From a virus (taxonomy: Duplodnaviria; Heunggongvirae; Uroviricota; Caudoviricetes): a stretch of 64,000 nt of DNA. Position 1 is the first letter of the stretch, and every line of letters begins with the position of its first letter. Both the position numbers and the translations under genes were made by a program. This document shows positions 36,916 through 46,962 of the stretch, one piece after another. The DNA is taken from IMG/VR virus record IMGVR_UViG_3300018475_000004; one strand, written 5' to 3'. The notes under the pieces are model-generated. The model was not told the DNA's origin. It made no database searches and saw nothing but the letters and a program-made list of their open reading frames with translations.

Positions 36916-37570
36916 TACTCATTTCGGTCATGACCGAGAGTTTCTATGGGGTCCAAGAGGTTTCTCGAATTACATGGAGCATGATAATGAAGTTATCAGA
37001 CGATGGAATGAGGTTGTTGGTCCCGATGATACCGTATTCCATTTGGGTGATGTAATGCTCGGTGATAATTCTTATGGTATGGACTGTTTAGCAGAGCTAA
37101 ATGGTAATATTAAGATTATCCCCGGTAATCATGACACCGCAACTCGTTTGGTACTTTATAAGAAGCTCCCTCGTGTTGAAGTTCTCGGTTTGGCTGAAAT
37201 GATCAAGTATAAGAAGTATAACTTCTATTTGAGTCATCATCCTACCATTACTTCTAATCTGGAAAAGGCTCCGTATCTGCGGATGCACCTAATCAATCTG
37301 TTTGGTCATACTCATCAGCAAAACAAGTTCTATATGAGTATGCCCTATATGTTCCATGTTGGTATGGACTCCAATAATTGCACTCCGGTTCTACTAGATG
37401 ATGCAATTGAAATGATGAAGAAAGAAACCGAAATTTGTATTGAAATGCTTGGCCTCCAGGAGGAGCAGAAAAATGAATGCGACACCTGCGGCCACAACCC
37501 CCAATGCTCCGCAAGTGCAGATGGAAAGCGCTGCAAGGATTACCTTGCAGATCCGCTGCTAGGAGGTTGA
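36890..37570 (+). CDS. Calcineurin-like metallophosphoesterase; possible 2',3'-phosphatase partner of the upstream kinase
   Basis: 'VTSDTHFGHD', 'HLGDVMLGD', 'PGNHD', 'GHTH'. Confidence 0.7.
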   Translation: MGRIFVTSDTHFGHDREFLWGPRGFSNYMEHDNEVIRRWNEVVGPDDTVFHLGDVMLGDNSYGMDCLAELNGNIKIIPGNHDTATRLVLYKKLPRVEVLGLAEMIKYKKYNFYLSHHPTITSNLEKAPYLRMHLINLFGHTHQQNKFYMSMPYMFHVGMDSNNCTPVLLDDAIEMMKKETEICIEMLGLQEEQKNECDTCGHNPQCSASADGKRCKDYLADPLLGG

Positions 37571-37572
37571 TC

Positions 37573-37842
37573 ATGGGACACGCAATTCAATACCGAGATT
37601 ATCACTGCTCAACAAGTGAAAAAGCAATTCTAAAAGAACTCAATAGTTTTGCTTATGATCCGCAAGAGAGTTCTGGTTATCATGGAAATCTAAAATTCCA
37701 TAAAGAGCCTGTTTATAAAAACAGAGAAGATGCCGCCGAAGCCATTACAAAGATGGATAAAGGTTGGTATGATGACCATGCAGTGCGGTATCGAAATGGC
37801 CGCAAGATTTACTGGCTCGTGAAAGTAGAGTGGCACTGTTGA
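37573..37842 (+). CDS. Hypothetical protein (89 aa)
   Basis: AGGAGG RBS; TGA stop. Confidence 0.4.
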   Translation: MGHAIQYRDYHCSTSEKAILKELNSFAYDPQESSGYHGNLKFHKEPVYKNREDAAEAITKMDKGWYDDHAVRYRNGRKIYWLVKVEWHC

Positions 37843-38021
37843 CGACTAAGTGGACAGTGCTACCTCACGAAGAAAAATCAGCTTTAGAAATTTTCAAAAG
37901 GCTGACTGAAATTGATTATGCTCTGAGAGATTACTTTATCTCTTGGGAGCAAACACAACGGCTCTTACAAGAGCAAACCAAGTTGATTGATTTACTCAAA
38001 AAACTTGGATATGAACCTTGA
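37830..38021 (+). CDS. Hypothetical protein (63 aa)
   Basis: Small ORF overlapping the previous stop. Confidence 0.3.
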   Translation: MALLTTKWTVLPHEEKSALEIFKRLTEIDYALRDYFISWEQTQRLLQEQTKLIDLLKKLGYEP

Positions 38022-38056
38022 AAAATATATAATTTGGAGAAAAAGGAGAACACACA

Positions 38057-39589
38057 ATGCCCGCATTTTTGATTCCCACTTTGTCCATCGCTGGTCTGGC
38101 GATTCTGGCAATCATCGTATTCGTCGTTATCTTCAAGGCTTTCTGGAAGGTCGCTGGTACTAACGAAGTTCTGATCGTATCTGGTCTGGGTCGAGTAAAG
38201 ACCCGCACCGGTGGCGGTATCTTCGTACTACCTATCCTGCAGAAGACTCAGCGAATGACTCTGGAAAACATCCAGGTTGACTTCACTTCTCGTCAGGAAA
38301 TCCCCACCAAGGACGCAATTCACGTTCTGGTTGACGCAGTTGCCAACATGAGCATTTCCATTGATCCCGCACGTCAGGCTATTGCGGCTTCCAAGTTCGC
38401 CGGCTATTCCACTGCCCAGATCCGTGATATTGTAATCCCTGTTCTGGAAGGTAATATCCGTGAAATCATTTCTCAAACCATGTTTGAGGACCTGATCCGT
38501 GGCGACAAGAAGATCTTTGCAGAGCGTATTCAGGAGAACGTCACTCCTAACCTGGCCGATATGGGTATCGATCTAACCACCTTCAACATTCAGAACTTCT
38601 CTGATAAGAATGGTGTAATTCGTGACCTGGGTATCGAGAACATCGAGAAGATCAAGAAGGAAGCATCCATCGCTGCTGCTAACGCAAAGGCTGAGGTTGC
38701 TGTCGCCCAGGCTAAGGCTGATAAGGCCGCTAACGATGCCAAGGTTGAGGCCGCAACTGAGATCGCTAAGAAGCAGACCCAGTTCGCTATCGAAAAGGCT
38801 CAGATGCAGGAGCAGGCTGACACCGCTCAGGCAAAGGCTGACGCTGCTAAGGCCATCGAGGCTGAGAACCAGCGTAAGGCAAAGGAAATCGCAGAAGCAG
38901 AAGCAAACCTGGCTCGTCAGGAGAAGGCTATCGAACTCCAGGAGCGTGAAGTCGCTATCAAGGAGCGTAAGCTGGAAGCTGAAGTGAAGAAGACCGCTGA
39001 AGCTAAGAAGTATGCCGAGGCTCAGGAAGCAGACGCACGTGCTTACGCCGCTCAGAAGGCTGCGGAAGCTGAACTGTTTGAGCGTGAGCGTCAGGCAGAA
39101 GCCGCTCGTATCGAGGCTGAGAAGAAGGCTGCGGCCGACCTGGCTCTGGCAACTGCTGAGGCAGAAGCTCAGAAGCGTCTGGCTGAGGCTATTGAGGCCG
39201 AAGGTAAGGCTAAGGCTGCCGCCGCACAGGCTCTGGGTGTTGCAGAAGCAGAAGCTATCCGTGCTAAGGCTGAGGCTGAAGCAAAGGGTATGCTGGAAAA
39301 GGCTGAAGCACTGAAGCAGTACGGTGACGCTGCTAAGCAGCAGATGGAATTGGATGCTATCAAGGTGCTGTATGAGCAGCTGCCTGCGATTGCAACCGCT
39401 ATCGGCGAAGGCTATAAGGGTGCTAACATCCACGTGATTGGCAACGATGCTGGTCAGCTGGCTGGTAACATGATGAGTGGTATCACTCAGATTACCGAAG
39501 GTTTCCGTGGTGCAACCGGCATGGACCTGACCTCTCTGGTCGGTGGTATGCTCGGCGCCAAGATCGTTGACAACAACGACAGCAAGTAA
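38057..39589 (+). CDS. Flotillin-like protein (SPFH domain plus long Ala/Glu-rich coiled coil; YqiK/FloT-like)
   Basis: RBS aaaaggag; N-terminal TM segment; SPFH core 'NEVLIVSGLG...'; EA-repeat coiled coil of about 200 aa. Confidence 0.8.
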   Translation: MPAFLIPTLSIAGLAILAIIVFVVIFKAFWKVAGTNEVLIVSGLGRVKTRTGGGIFVLPILQKTQRMTLENIQVDFTSRQEIPTKDAIHVLVDAVANMSISIDPARQAIAASKFAGYSTAQIRDIVIPVLEGNIREIISQTMFEDLIRGDKKIFAERIQENVTPNLADMGIDLTTFNIQNFSDKNGVIRDLGIENIEKIKKEASIAAANAKAEVAVAQAKADKAANDAKVEAATEIAKKQTQFAIEKAQMQEQADTAQAKADAAKAIEAENQRKAKEIAEAEANLARQEKAIELQEREVAIKERKLEAEVKKTAEAKKYAEAQEADARAYAAQKAAEAELFERERQAEAARIEAEKKAAADLALATAEAEAQKRLAEAIEAEGKAKAAAAQALGVAEAEAIRAKAEAEAKGMLEKAEALKQYGDAAKQQMELDAIKVLYEQLPAIATAIGEGYKGANIHVIGNDAGQLAGNMMSGITQITEGFRGATGMDLTSLVGGMLGAKIVDNNDSK

Positions 39590-39604
39590 TATAACGTAAT
39601 TTCC

Positions 39605-39636
39605 AGCCCCAGGAAGAAATTCCTGGGGCTATTTGT
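39605..39636 (+). terminator. Terminator hairpin (agccccagg...cctggggct)
   Basis: Seen in sequence. Confidence 0.6.
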
Positions 39637-39708
39637 CGTTGTCTTCGGTATCGGTCGTTGCTGGAATTCCGATCGCCCATAGGAATTTTTTCTTCAAAAT
39701 GCCTCAAT

Positions 39709-39737
39709 TTGACTTTTCCATATTTTTTAGGTATAAT
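39709..39737 (+). promoter_or_regulatory. Sigma-A-type promoter (TTGACT-17-TATAAT), not the conserved cassette
   Basis: ttgacttttccatattttttaggtataat. Confidence 0.6.
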
Positions 39738-39771
39738 AAATATAAATTAAATTCAAAAGGAGGAAATCCTA

Positions 39772-40194
39772 ATGGTAAAATTAGTTGAATATAATTATGA
39801 TGAAAAAAATGGCTGGGCAAGATGCTTAGTTTCATATAATGGTATGAGTTTTGAAGGTGGAGCTGCTTGTCATCCAGAAGACATGGAGTTCGCTAATGAG
39901 CGAGTTGGTTTGACAATCGCAGAAGCTCGTGCTAATATTAAAGTATTACGTTTTATTCGTGATCATGAAGTAAAACTTGAACTAAATGCGTTAAAACATT
40001 TATATTCTAATATTCAAACCAGTAAAAACCATAATCCAAAGAGCCATGAATCTAGACGTATTAGAAGTCAAATTCGTGCTCTTGAAAGAGAATTAACTGA
40101 AGTTAATAATATGATTGCTGATGAAAAAGCATTCATTAGAAATTATATCGACGGTAAAGACAAGCTATATAAAAGACTTAGGGCCAAAAACTAA
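39772..40194 (+). CDS. Hypothetical protein (140 aa) with a C-terminal coiled coil
   Basis: AAAGGAGG RBS; TAA stop. Confidence 0.45.
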   Translation: MVKLVEYNYDEKNGWARCLVSYNGMSFEGGAACHPEDMEFANERVGLTIAEARANIKVLRFIRDHEVKLELNALKHLYSNIQTSKNHNPKSHESRRIRSQIRALERELTEVNNMIADEKAFIRNYIDGKDKLYKRLRAKN

Positions 40195-40242
40195 TAATAT
40201 GATTGATTGTATTCTTATATAAATCAAGGGGGAGATATACAT

Positions 40243-40434
40243 ATGGAATTATTGTATTTTATCCTTGGAATTATATTTGTTTCATACGTCATTCCTATTA
40301 TTGATGGAGTAAGTGCCTGGTTTTTAACCTGGGTTGAAGCAAAAAAATCCAAACAAAGTGAAATTGTAAACAAAGCGAACATTAAGATGCGTCAGGACGC
40401 TGCCTCTGCTGACCAAGACCCTCCTACGAGATAG
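40243..40434 (+). CDS. Small membrane protein; ends at a TAG (read-through would add an acidic tail up to TAA 40497-40499)
   Basis: RBS aagggggag; one TM. Confidence 0.35.
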   Translation: MELLYFILGIIFVSYVIPIIDGVSAWFLTWVEAKKSKQSEIVNKANIKMRQDAASADQDPPTR

Positions 40435-40486
40435 ATTGGCTTCCAAGTTCCTGACGACGACCAAGAGGAAGAAGAGGTTATTGAAG

Positions 40487-41722
40487 ATGATGTATAAATT
40501 TTATGACACTTGTTCTTTACTTCTAAAAGCAAACCATTTATGGGACGAAGATTGTACTTTGGTCATTTCTTCCATTACATTAGAAGAATTAGAACATATC
40601 AAGACTTCCGCAAATAAAGACCCAGATGTAAAGTTTGCGGCCCGCAAAGTAGTCCATGAATTGGATCAACACTATGGAGATTATGAAATCGTTATTTGGA
40701 GCAGTGATTTTGCACTAAGTTTATTGTCTAATGAAGATGGTAAAATTATTGCTTGCGCTGACTGGTTCGCTCGTAACCACCAAGACGATGAAGTAATTTT
40801 CGTAACAAATGATTTATGCTGTAAGCATTTAGCAAGAACTGTATTACCCATTCCCGTTGAATCATATCAAGAAGAAGCATATGATTATGACGGATATAAA
40901 GAGGTATATTTAGATTCTGAAGCTATGAGTAATTTTTATTCTAATATGAATAAGAATTTATTTGACTTATATATAAATGAATATTTGTTAGTGTATGACC
41001 AAGAGACAGGTGAGTTAGTGGATAGACTATGCTGGACAGGTGAAGGTTATCGTCATTTATCGTATGACTCATTCAACTCTAATTATTTCGGCAATGTCAA
41101 GCCAATGAAAAGTGATGCTTATCAATCCTTGGCTTTCGACAGCTTGAGTAATAACAAAATTACTATGATTAAGGGACCTGCGGGAACCGGTAAAACTTTC
41201 ATTAGTCTAGGCTTCTTGTTACATAAGCTGGAACGCAATCGCATTGATAAAATTATTGTGTTCTGTAATACTGTAGCAACTAAGAATTCTGCTAAATTGG
41301 GTTATTATCCTGGTACCAGGGATGAAAAGTTATTAGATTCTCAAATTGGTAATCTTTTAATTAGTAAATTTGGTGGTCGTATTGCTGTTGAACAAATGAT
41401 TAACGACGAAAAATTAATTTTGCTTCCACTATCTGATATTCGTGGTTATGATACTACTGGAATGAAAGCTGGCATTTATATTTCTGAGGCTCAAAACTTA
41501 GATATTGAGCTGATGAAACTAACATTACAACGTATCGGTGAAGATAGCATTTGTATTATTGATGGTGACTGTAAAGCACAGGTTGATGATATTCACTTTG
41601 CTGGTAGTAGTAATGGTATGAAGCGAGCTTCTCAAGTTTATCGTGGCGAAGATATATACGGTGAAATTACTTTGAAAAATATTCATCGTTCTAAAATCGC
41701 TCGTATTGCTGAAAAAATGTAA
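40487..41722 (+). CDS. PhoH-like ATPase with an N-terminal PIN domain (PhoH2 architecture)
   Basis: Walker A 'GPAGTGKTF'; N-terminal PIN-like acidic residues. Confidence 0.7.
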   Translation: MMYKFYDTCSLLLKANHLWDEDCTLVISSITLEELEHIKTSANKDPDVKFAARKVVHELDQHYGDYEIVIWSSDFALSLLSNEDGKIIACADWFARNHQDDEVIFVTNDLCCKHLARTVLPIPVESYQEEAYDYDGYKEVYLDSEAMSNFYSNMNKNLFDLYINEYLLVYDQETGELVDRLCWTGEGYRHLSYDSFNSNYFGNVKPMKSDAYQSLAFDSLSNNKITMIKGPAGTGKTFISLGFLLHKLERNRIDKIIVFCNTVATKNSAKLGYYPGTRDEKLLDSQIGNLLISKFGGRIAVEQMINDEKLILLPLSDIRGYDTTGMKAGIYISEAQNLDIELMKLTLQRIGEDSICIIDGDCKAQVDDIHFAGSSNGMKRASQVYRGEDIYGEITLKNIHRSKIARIAEKM

Positions 41723-41729
41723 TTATTAT

Positions 41730-41753
41730 CCCCGATGGGTCTTCCCATTGGGG
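41730..41753 (+). terminator. Imperfect hairpin (ccccgatggg...cccattgggg)
   Basis: Seen in sequence; weak T-run. Confidence 0.35.
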
Positions 41754-41781
41754 ATATTTCATATCTAAAGGAGGAAGAGGA

Positions 41782-43452
41782 ATGTCTAATAGTAAAATCA
41801 TTTGGGATTTTCTAAAGAAAGAAGGCTTTAGCGATTTCGGTGTAGCCGGTCTGATGGGAAATTTAGACGCCGAATCTGCCCTTCGCCCCAATAACTTACA
41901 AGATACATATAGTCGTTCTTTGGGACTAAGCGATGCCGAGTATACCGCAAAAGTTGATAATGGAACATATACCAACTTTGTGCGTGACTCTGCAGGATAT
42001 GGCTTGGCTCAATGGACTTATTGGTCTCGTAAGGAAAATCTATTAAACTATGCAAAGTCCAAGAAGAAATCCATTGGAGATTTGGAAATGTAGTTAGAAT
42101 TTTTAATAAAGGAATTGAAAACCTCTTATAAGAATTCAGTTTATAATATTTTAGTAAATGCTACTACAGTTCAGCAAGCATCCGATGTAGTTCTTATGAA
42201 TTTTGAAAGACCTGCTAATGCAGCCGCTCAAAAATCCAAGCGTGCCGCAATGGGCCAAGTGTATTATGATAAATATGTAAAAGGAGTTGAAAATACTACT
42301 ATGGCTACTAATACTTATAAAAAGGGTCAAAAGACTAAGTTATCTGAAAACTTCAACTCTTTAGAGTTCGATTGTCATGGTTCTGGCTGCTGCTCTGAGA
42401 CCATTATCAACCCTAAATTAGTTGAATATGTTCAAAAAATTAGAGACCATTTTGGTAAATCTATCACTGTAACTAGTGGATACAGATGTCCAGTTCACAA
42501 TAAGCGTATTGGTGGCGCTACTGGCTCTCGTCACTCTAAAGGTGATGCTGCTGATATTGTTGTTTAGGGAGTTGCTCCAAGAGAAGTAGCAAAATATGCT
42601 GAAAGTATTGGAATTAAAGGTATTGGTTTATATGAAACCAGTGCTGATGGACATTTTACTCACGTCGATACTAGAGATAAGAAATCTTTCTGGTATGGAC
42701 AGAATGAAGCTCCTCGTACTACTTTTGGCGGTGGAAGCTCTGTAACTCCTACACCAACTCCAACTCCATCTATTAACAATGATGTTTTAAGCATTGGTGA
42801 TACTGGTGAAGACGTAAGAGAGTTACAAGAATGGTTAGTTAAATTGGGTTATAATGTTGGTTCTAAAGGACCAGATGGAGATTTTGGTTCTAAGACATAT
42901 GCCGCAGTTATTGACTTCCAAAGAAAGAATAACCTAGACGATGATGGTATCGTCGGACCTTTAACTAAAAAAGCTATTAAGGAGGCTGTAAATAAAATGA
43001 GTGAAAATACTATTATTGTTCCAGAAGAGGAATTAAAATTAGAGCCTGGCATGGAAGTCATGCTAACTAATGATGCTGTATTTACCAATGGTAAATCTGT
43101 AGCCTCTTGGATGTTTGGTAAAAAATTATTTGTTCGTAAGATCAATGGAGATAATATCACTATTTCTACTGTAAAGACCGGTCCTATTAGCGGTATTGTT
43201 GATAAGAAGTATTTGAAAGAATATGATTCTGAATTAGCTACTGCTCCTGGTTTTGAAGCTTACGTCATAATGATTACCGGTGATGTAGTAAATGTACGTG
43301 CGGGCGCAGGTACTAATTACAAAGTTAATACTCAAGTAAAGCAGAACCAGTTATACACCATCATTGATGAAAAAGATGGCTGGGGCAAGATGAAAAATGG
43401 TTCTGGCTGGATTTGCCTAGATTTCACCAAGAAGATTGAAGCTAAAAAGTAA
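41782..43452 (+). CDS. Multidomain endolysin: phage-lysozyme-like domain, M15/VanY-type peptidase, PG_binding_1 and SH3b. In-frame TAGs at 42091-42093 and 42565-42567.
   Basis: ORF-track entries 41782..42093, 42115..42567 and 42844..43452 share one frame, and no other stops lie between them. 'SGYRCPVHNKRIGGATGSRHSKGDAADI...HFTHVD' is the M15 peptidase. 'GDFGSKTYAAVIDFQRKNNLDDDGIVGPLT' is PG_binding_1. 'DGWGKM..GSGWICLDF' is SH3b. Confidence 0.75.
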
Positions 43453-43781
43453 TGGCTGATAAGAAGAAAGAAAAAATGGAATTTTCCAAAAAGCTACTGG
43501 TTCAAGAATCAGCGCTTATTTGGTTAGTTACTATTGCTTTCATTATTTTAGCCTTCGTTTGTATCATAAATCAATATTTCGGTGAATTACCTTGGGTCAC
43601 TGCTATGGCAGCTTGTCCTTGGGGCGCATATGCTATCAGTCAACAAGCATATTATAAAAAAGCCGAAAAAGAAAATACTAAGGGTGGCATAAAATATGAA
43701 AGCGTAATGCAACAATTACTAACTCAGGATAATGCCCCACCTGTCCCAGAAGAAGAATTCGTAGACGATGCCTGCGGTTAA
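43452..43781 (+). CDS. Holin-like small membrane protein (2 TM, charged C-terminus)
   Basis: Lies immediately downstream of the endolysin, overlapping at taATGg. Confidence 0.5.
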   Translation: MADKKKEKMEFSKKLLVQESALIWLVTIAFIILAFVCIINQYFGELPWVTAMAACPWGAYAISQQAYYKKAEKENTKGGIKYESVMQQLLTQDNAPPVPEEEFVDDACG

Positions 43782-43790
43782 ATGACAATA

Positions 43791-43832
43791 AAGCCGAGTA
43801 GATATTTTATCTACTCGGCTTTATTTTTTTTT
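43791..43832 (+). terminator. Strong terminator (aagccgagtagata...tatctactcggctt plus T10)
   Basis: Seen in sequence. Confidence 0.8.
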
Positions 43833-44090
43833 ACTCAAAAATATAATTATATGCATCATCAATTTCTTTTTGCGTGTAATTTTCAAGACTTACAATCCTG
43901 AAAATCCATTTTGCAATTAAATTATAAGGTTGAAAACGTAAGTCTGATAAATAATAACATCCTACTATAAGCTATATTTTCTCTAATAAAGACAATATAA
44001 TCCCCTCCCTTATCTTCTTTCATTGTAAATCAAATTTATTATCATTATAATATTATTTTTTGACCTATCAAATCCTTGCTAACAAAATAC

Positions 44091-44119
44091 TTGATTTTTC
44101 AAAAAAATAATGGTATAAT
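44091..44119 (+). promoter_or_regulatory. Cassette-variant promoter
   Basis: ttgatttttcaaaaaaaataatggtataat. Confidence 0.6.
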
Positions 44120-44164
44120 ATACACATAAGAAAAAAATCTAAGGAAATTTGAAAGGAGAACGAT

Positions 44165-46060
44165 ATGTTAGATTATGGCGTAAAAGACATAAAAACGCTT
44201 GAAGGTATCGAAGCGATTCGCCTGCGTCCAGGTATGTATGTAGGCTCAGTCGGTCCTGCAGGTGTTAGACATATTACACTCGAAATCATTTCTAATGCTG
44301 TTGATGAATATTTAAACGGATATTGTACTGAATGTGCTATTACCGTAAGCAAAGATGGCACCATTGAGATTGAAGATAATGGTCGTGGCGTCCCCTTTGG
44401 TAAAGCAGAAGATGGTAGTGAAGTTCTTGTAAATGTTTATACTAAACTTCATACTGGTGCAAAATTCGATAGTGAAGGTAAAACTGGTTATAATACTTCT
44501 GGCGGTATGAATGGTGTTGGTGCTAAGGCAACTAATGCCCTTTCTGAAACTTTTGAAGTTCGTTCTTTGAGAGAAGGAAAATTGGCTATTGCTAAATTTA
44601 AGAAAGGTGAATTGATAAGTTATAATGAAAATACTGCCCGTGGAGTAAAAACTGGCACTACAGTAACTTTCCTTCCTGATGAAACCATTTTCAAGGAGGG
44701 TATTCATCTTGATTATACTGCTTTAAAGAAGCAAATCCAGGAGTTAGCATATCTCTCTCCTGGTATGAATTTTGTTTTGAATTTTGAGGGTAATGAAACT
44801 GAATATATTACCTCCAAAAATGGCATTAGAGATTACATTGATGATCTCAATAGAGAAAGAACTAAACTTACTTCCGTATTTTATACTGAAAGTATGGAAG
44901 ATAGAATCGGTGTAAAAATTGCCATGCAATATAATGATACTTACACCGATGTATATAAATTATATACTAACTCCATTCCCAATAGCGCAGGAACTCACTT
45001 AACAGGTTTCAGAACTGCACTAACTTCTACTGTCAATGATTATGCTCGTGAAAATAAGCTATTGAAGGAAAAAGATGCTAATATCACTGGCGAAGAATTG
45101 AAAGAAGGTTTAGTTCTGGTCTTGTCTTTCATCATGCCTGACCCCGTTTTCTCTGGTCAGACTAAGGATGTTCTTTCCAGTAGTGAAGCAAGAACCGCAG
45201 TCCAACGCTTAGTTTCTAAGGAAATTAAAATTTGGCTGGACGCAAATCCAAAAGATGCAAAAGCAATAGTTGATAAAGCACTCTTGGCACGTGCGGCCCG
45301 CGAAAAGGCAAAGAAGGCCAAGGAAACCGTCCGTAAGGTTGACGCCAAGCGCAGAGTTGTGATGCCTGACGTTCTGGCAGATGCCAGTTCTAAGGATCGT
45401 GCAAAGTGTGAAGTATTTATCGTTGAGGGTAAGTCCGCAGCGGGTTCTACTAAAGAAGCGCGAGATCGTGGCACTCAGGCAGTATTCCAGCTAAGAGGTA
45501 AACCTTTAAATGTTTTGAAATGCGATTTACATAAAGCGCTTCAAAATAAGGAAATTAACGGTATGGTTGACGCTTTTGGCTTAGAGGTCAAGGATGGTAA
45601 AATCATTGTTGACGAATCTAAGTTGAGATATGGTAAGTTTATCATTACTGCTGATGCTGATGTTGACGGTTCTCACATTCGTGTTTTGTTCTTAACTTTC
45701 ATTTGGAAGTTCTGTCCTGATCTTTTGGATAAGGGTTATATTTATGCGGCAGTTCCTCCACTTTATAAGGTTACTATGGGAACTAAGATTCAGTATCTGA
45801 AAGATGACCCAGCTCTTGAAGCCTTCCGTAAGACTAATACAAAGAAATTTGAACTTGGTCGTATGAAAGGTCTGGGCGAAATGGACCCCGAAGAAATGGC
45901 AGAAACTGTTATGAATCCAAACACTCGTACCTTGAAGCAGATTACTATGGAAGATGCGGCCTCCGTTGCTAATGTCTTCATGAGCTTGATGGGCGAATCA
46001 GTCACTCCTCGTAAGAAATTTATCGAGGACAATGCAGAAAGGGCGAATATCGATGTATAA
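44165..46060 (+). CDS. Type IIA topoisomerase subunit B (GyrB/ParE-like)
   Basis: GHKL ATPase and TOPRIM motifs: 'EDNGRGVP', 'GGMNGVGAKATNALS', 'EVFIVEGKSAAGS', 'ITADADVDGSHIRVLFL'. Confidence 0.85.
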   Translation: MLDYGVKDIKTLEGIEAIRLRPGMYVGSVGPAGVRHITLEIISNAVDEYLNGYCTECAITVSKDGTIEIEDNGRGVPFGKAEDGSEVLVNVYTKLHTGAKFDSEGKTGYNTSGGMNGVGAKATNALSETFEVRSLREGKLAIAKFKKGELISYNENTARGVKTGTTVTFLPDETIFKEGIHLDYTALKKQIQELAYLSPGMNFVLNFEGNETEYITSKNGIRDYIDDLNRERTKLTSVFYTESMEDRIGVKIAMQYNDTYTDVYKLYTNSIPNSAGTHLTGFRTALTSTVNDYARENKLLKEKDANITGEELKEGLVLVLSFIMPDPVFSGQTKDVLSSSEARTAVQRLVSKEIKIWLDANPKDAKAIVDKALLARAAREKAKKAKETVRKVDAKRRVVMPDVLADASSKDRAKCEVFIVEGKSAAGSTKEARDRGTQAVFQLRGKPLNVLKCDLHKALQNKEINGMVDAFGLEVKDGKIIVDESKLRYGKFIITADADVDGSHIRVLFLTFIWKFCPDLLDKGYIYAAVPPLYKVTMGTKIQYLKDDPALEAFRKTNTKKFELGRMKGLGEMDPEEMAETVMNPNTRTLKQITMEDAASVANVFMSLMGESVTPRKKFIEDNAERANIDV

Positions 46061-46502
46061 TGGATACCAAAAAGAAAGAGAAATTTATGCTGGCTTAACT
46101 AACGCGTATAGTACCGGCACTCCTTATAGTTATTTGAATAATCGCTCTACAACAGCAGTAAATCCAAATTATATTCCGCCTGCTTCTGTGAAGCAGGATG
46201 GAATAACTGGAACTTGGGAGGGATATAAAATTCAAAAAGTATCTCTTGACCCTGGTGATGTGCTGTTATGTCATATTTCTGCGAATATGAAATTGAGTGA
46301 TTGCCAAAACATTCTAAAAGAATTACAAGAAGCATTTCCTAATAATACTGTAATGCTTTGTAATGAGCAAGTGTTGAAGGGAATGACTGTTCTAAAAGGA
46401 ACTAAAGAAGTTAGTTCCATTGTTGATATTGCTGAAGAAGTAGATATTGATAAAATAATTGACGATATTTTGAAAGGACATCCAAATGACTTTTTACACT
46501 GA
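46053..46502 (+). CDS. Hypothetical protein (about 150 aa)
   Basis: Overlaps the preceding stop; TGA stop. Confidence 0.4.
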   Translation: MYNGYQKEREIYAGLTNAYSTGTPYSYLNNRSTTAVNPNYIPPASVKQDGITGTWEGYKIQKVSLDPGDVLLCHISANMKLSDCQNILKELQEAFPNNTVMLCNEQVLKGMTVLKGTKEVSSIVDIAEEVDIDKIIDDILKGHPNDFLH

Positions 46503-46962
46503 TGGTTCCTGTATTGGCAATGGTAAGGCCAATGCAAAAGGTGGTTATGGTATCGTTGGTGTCGATGATAATGGTTCTGTTCAATTTGTTCGAGCCAAGA
46601 GATCCAATGATACCACAAATAATCGAGAAGAACTAAAAGCAATTTTATATGTAATGCTCAATTACGGAGAGAAGTGCGATGATTGGGGCCAGCCACCGAT
46701 CGTATATAGCGACTCTGCATATTGCGTGAATACATTCAATGAGTGGATGTTCAACTGGGCAAGACGAGGCTGGATTAAAAGTGATAAGCAAAAACCAGAA
46801 AATCTGGATTTGATTCAAGCATATTATGACTGGTACAAAGAAGGTTACCGCATTGATTTGAGAAAAATTAAAGGTCATAATGGACATGAGTGGAATGAAC
46901 TAGCCGACCAATTGGCTACTGGATATATTAGTGAGGAAGAAGCATATGCCACATATAGTTGA
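46486..46962 (+). CDS. Ribonuclease H (RNase HI-like)
   Basis: 'FYTDGSCIGNGKANAKGGYG'. Confidence 0.7.
   Translation: MTFYTDGSCIGNGKANAKGGYGIVGVDDNGSVQFVRAKRSNDTTNNREELKAILYVMLNYGEKCDDWGQPPIVYSDSAYCVNTFNEWMFNWARRGWIKSDKQKPENLDLIQAYYDWYKEGYRIDLRKIKGHNGHEWNELADQLATGYISEEEAYATYS

Noticed and set aside
38573-39433. 286-aa minus-strand ORF and Arg/Ser-rich alternative-frame + ORFs (38622..38987, 39012..39314)
   Set aside because: They lie inside the flotillin EA-repeat coding region and are repeat-driven open frames.
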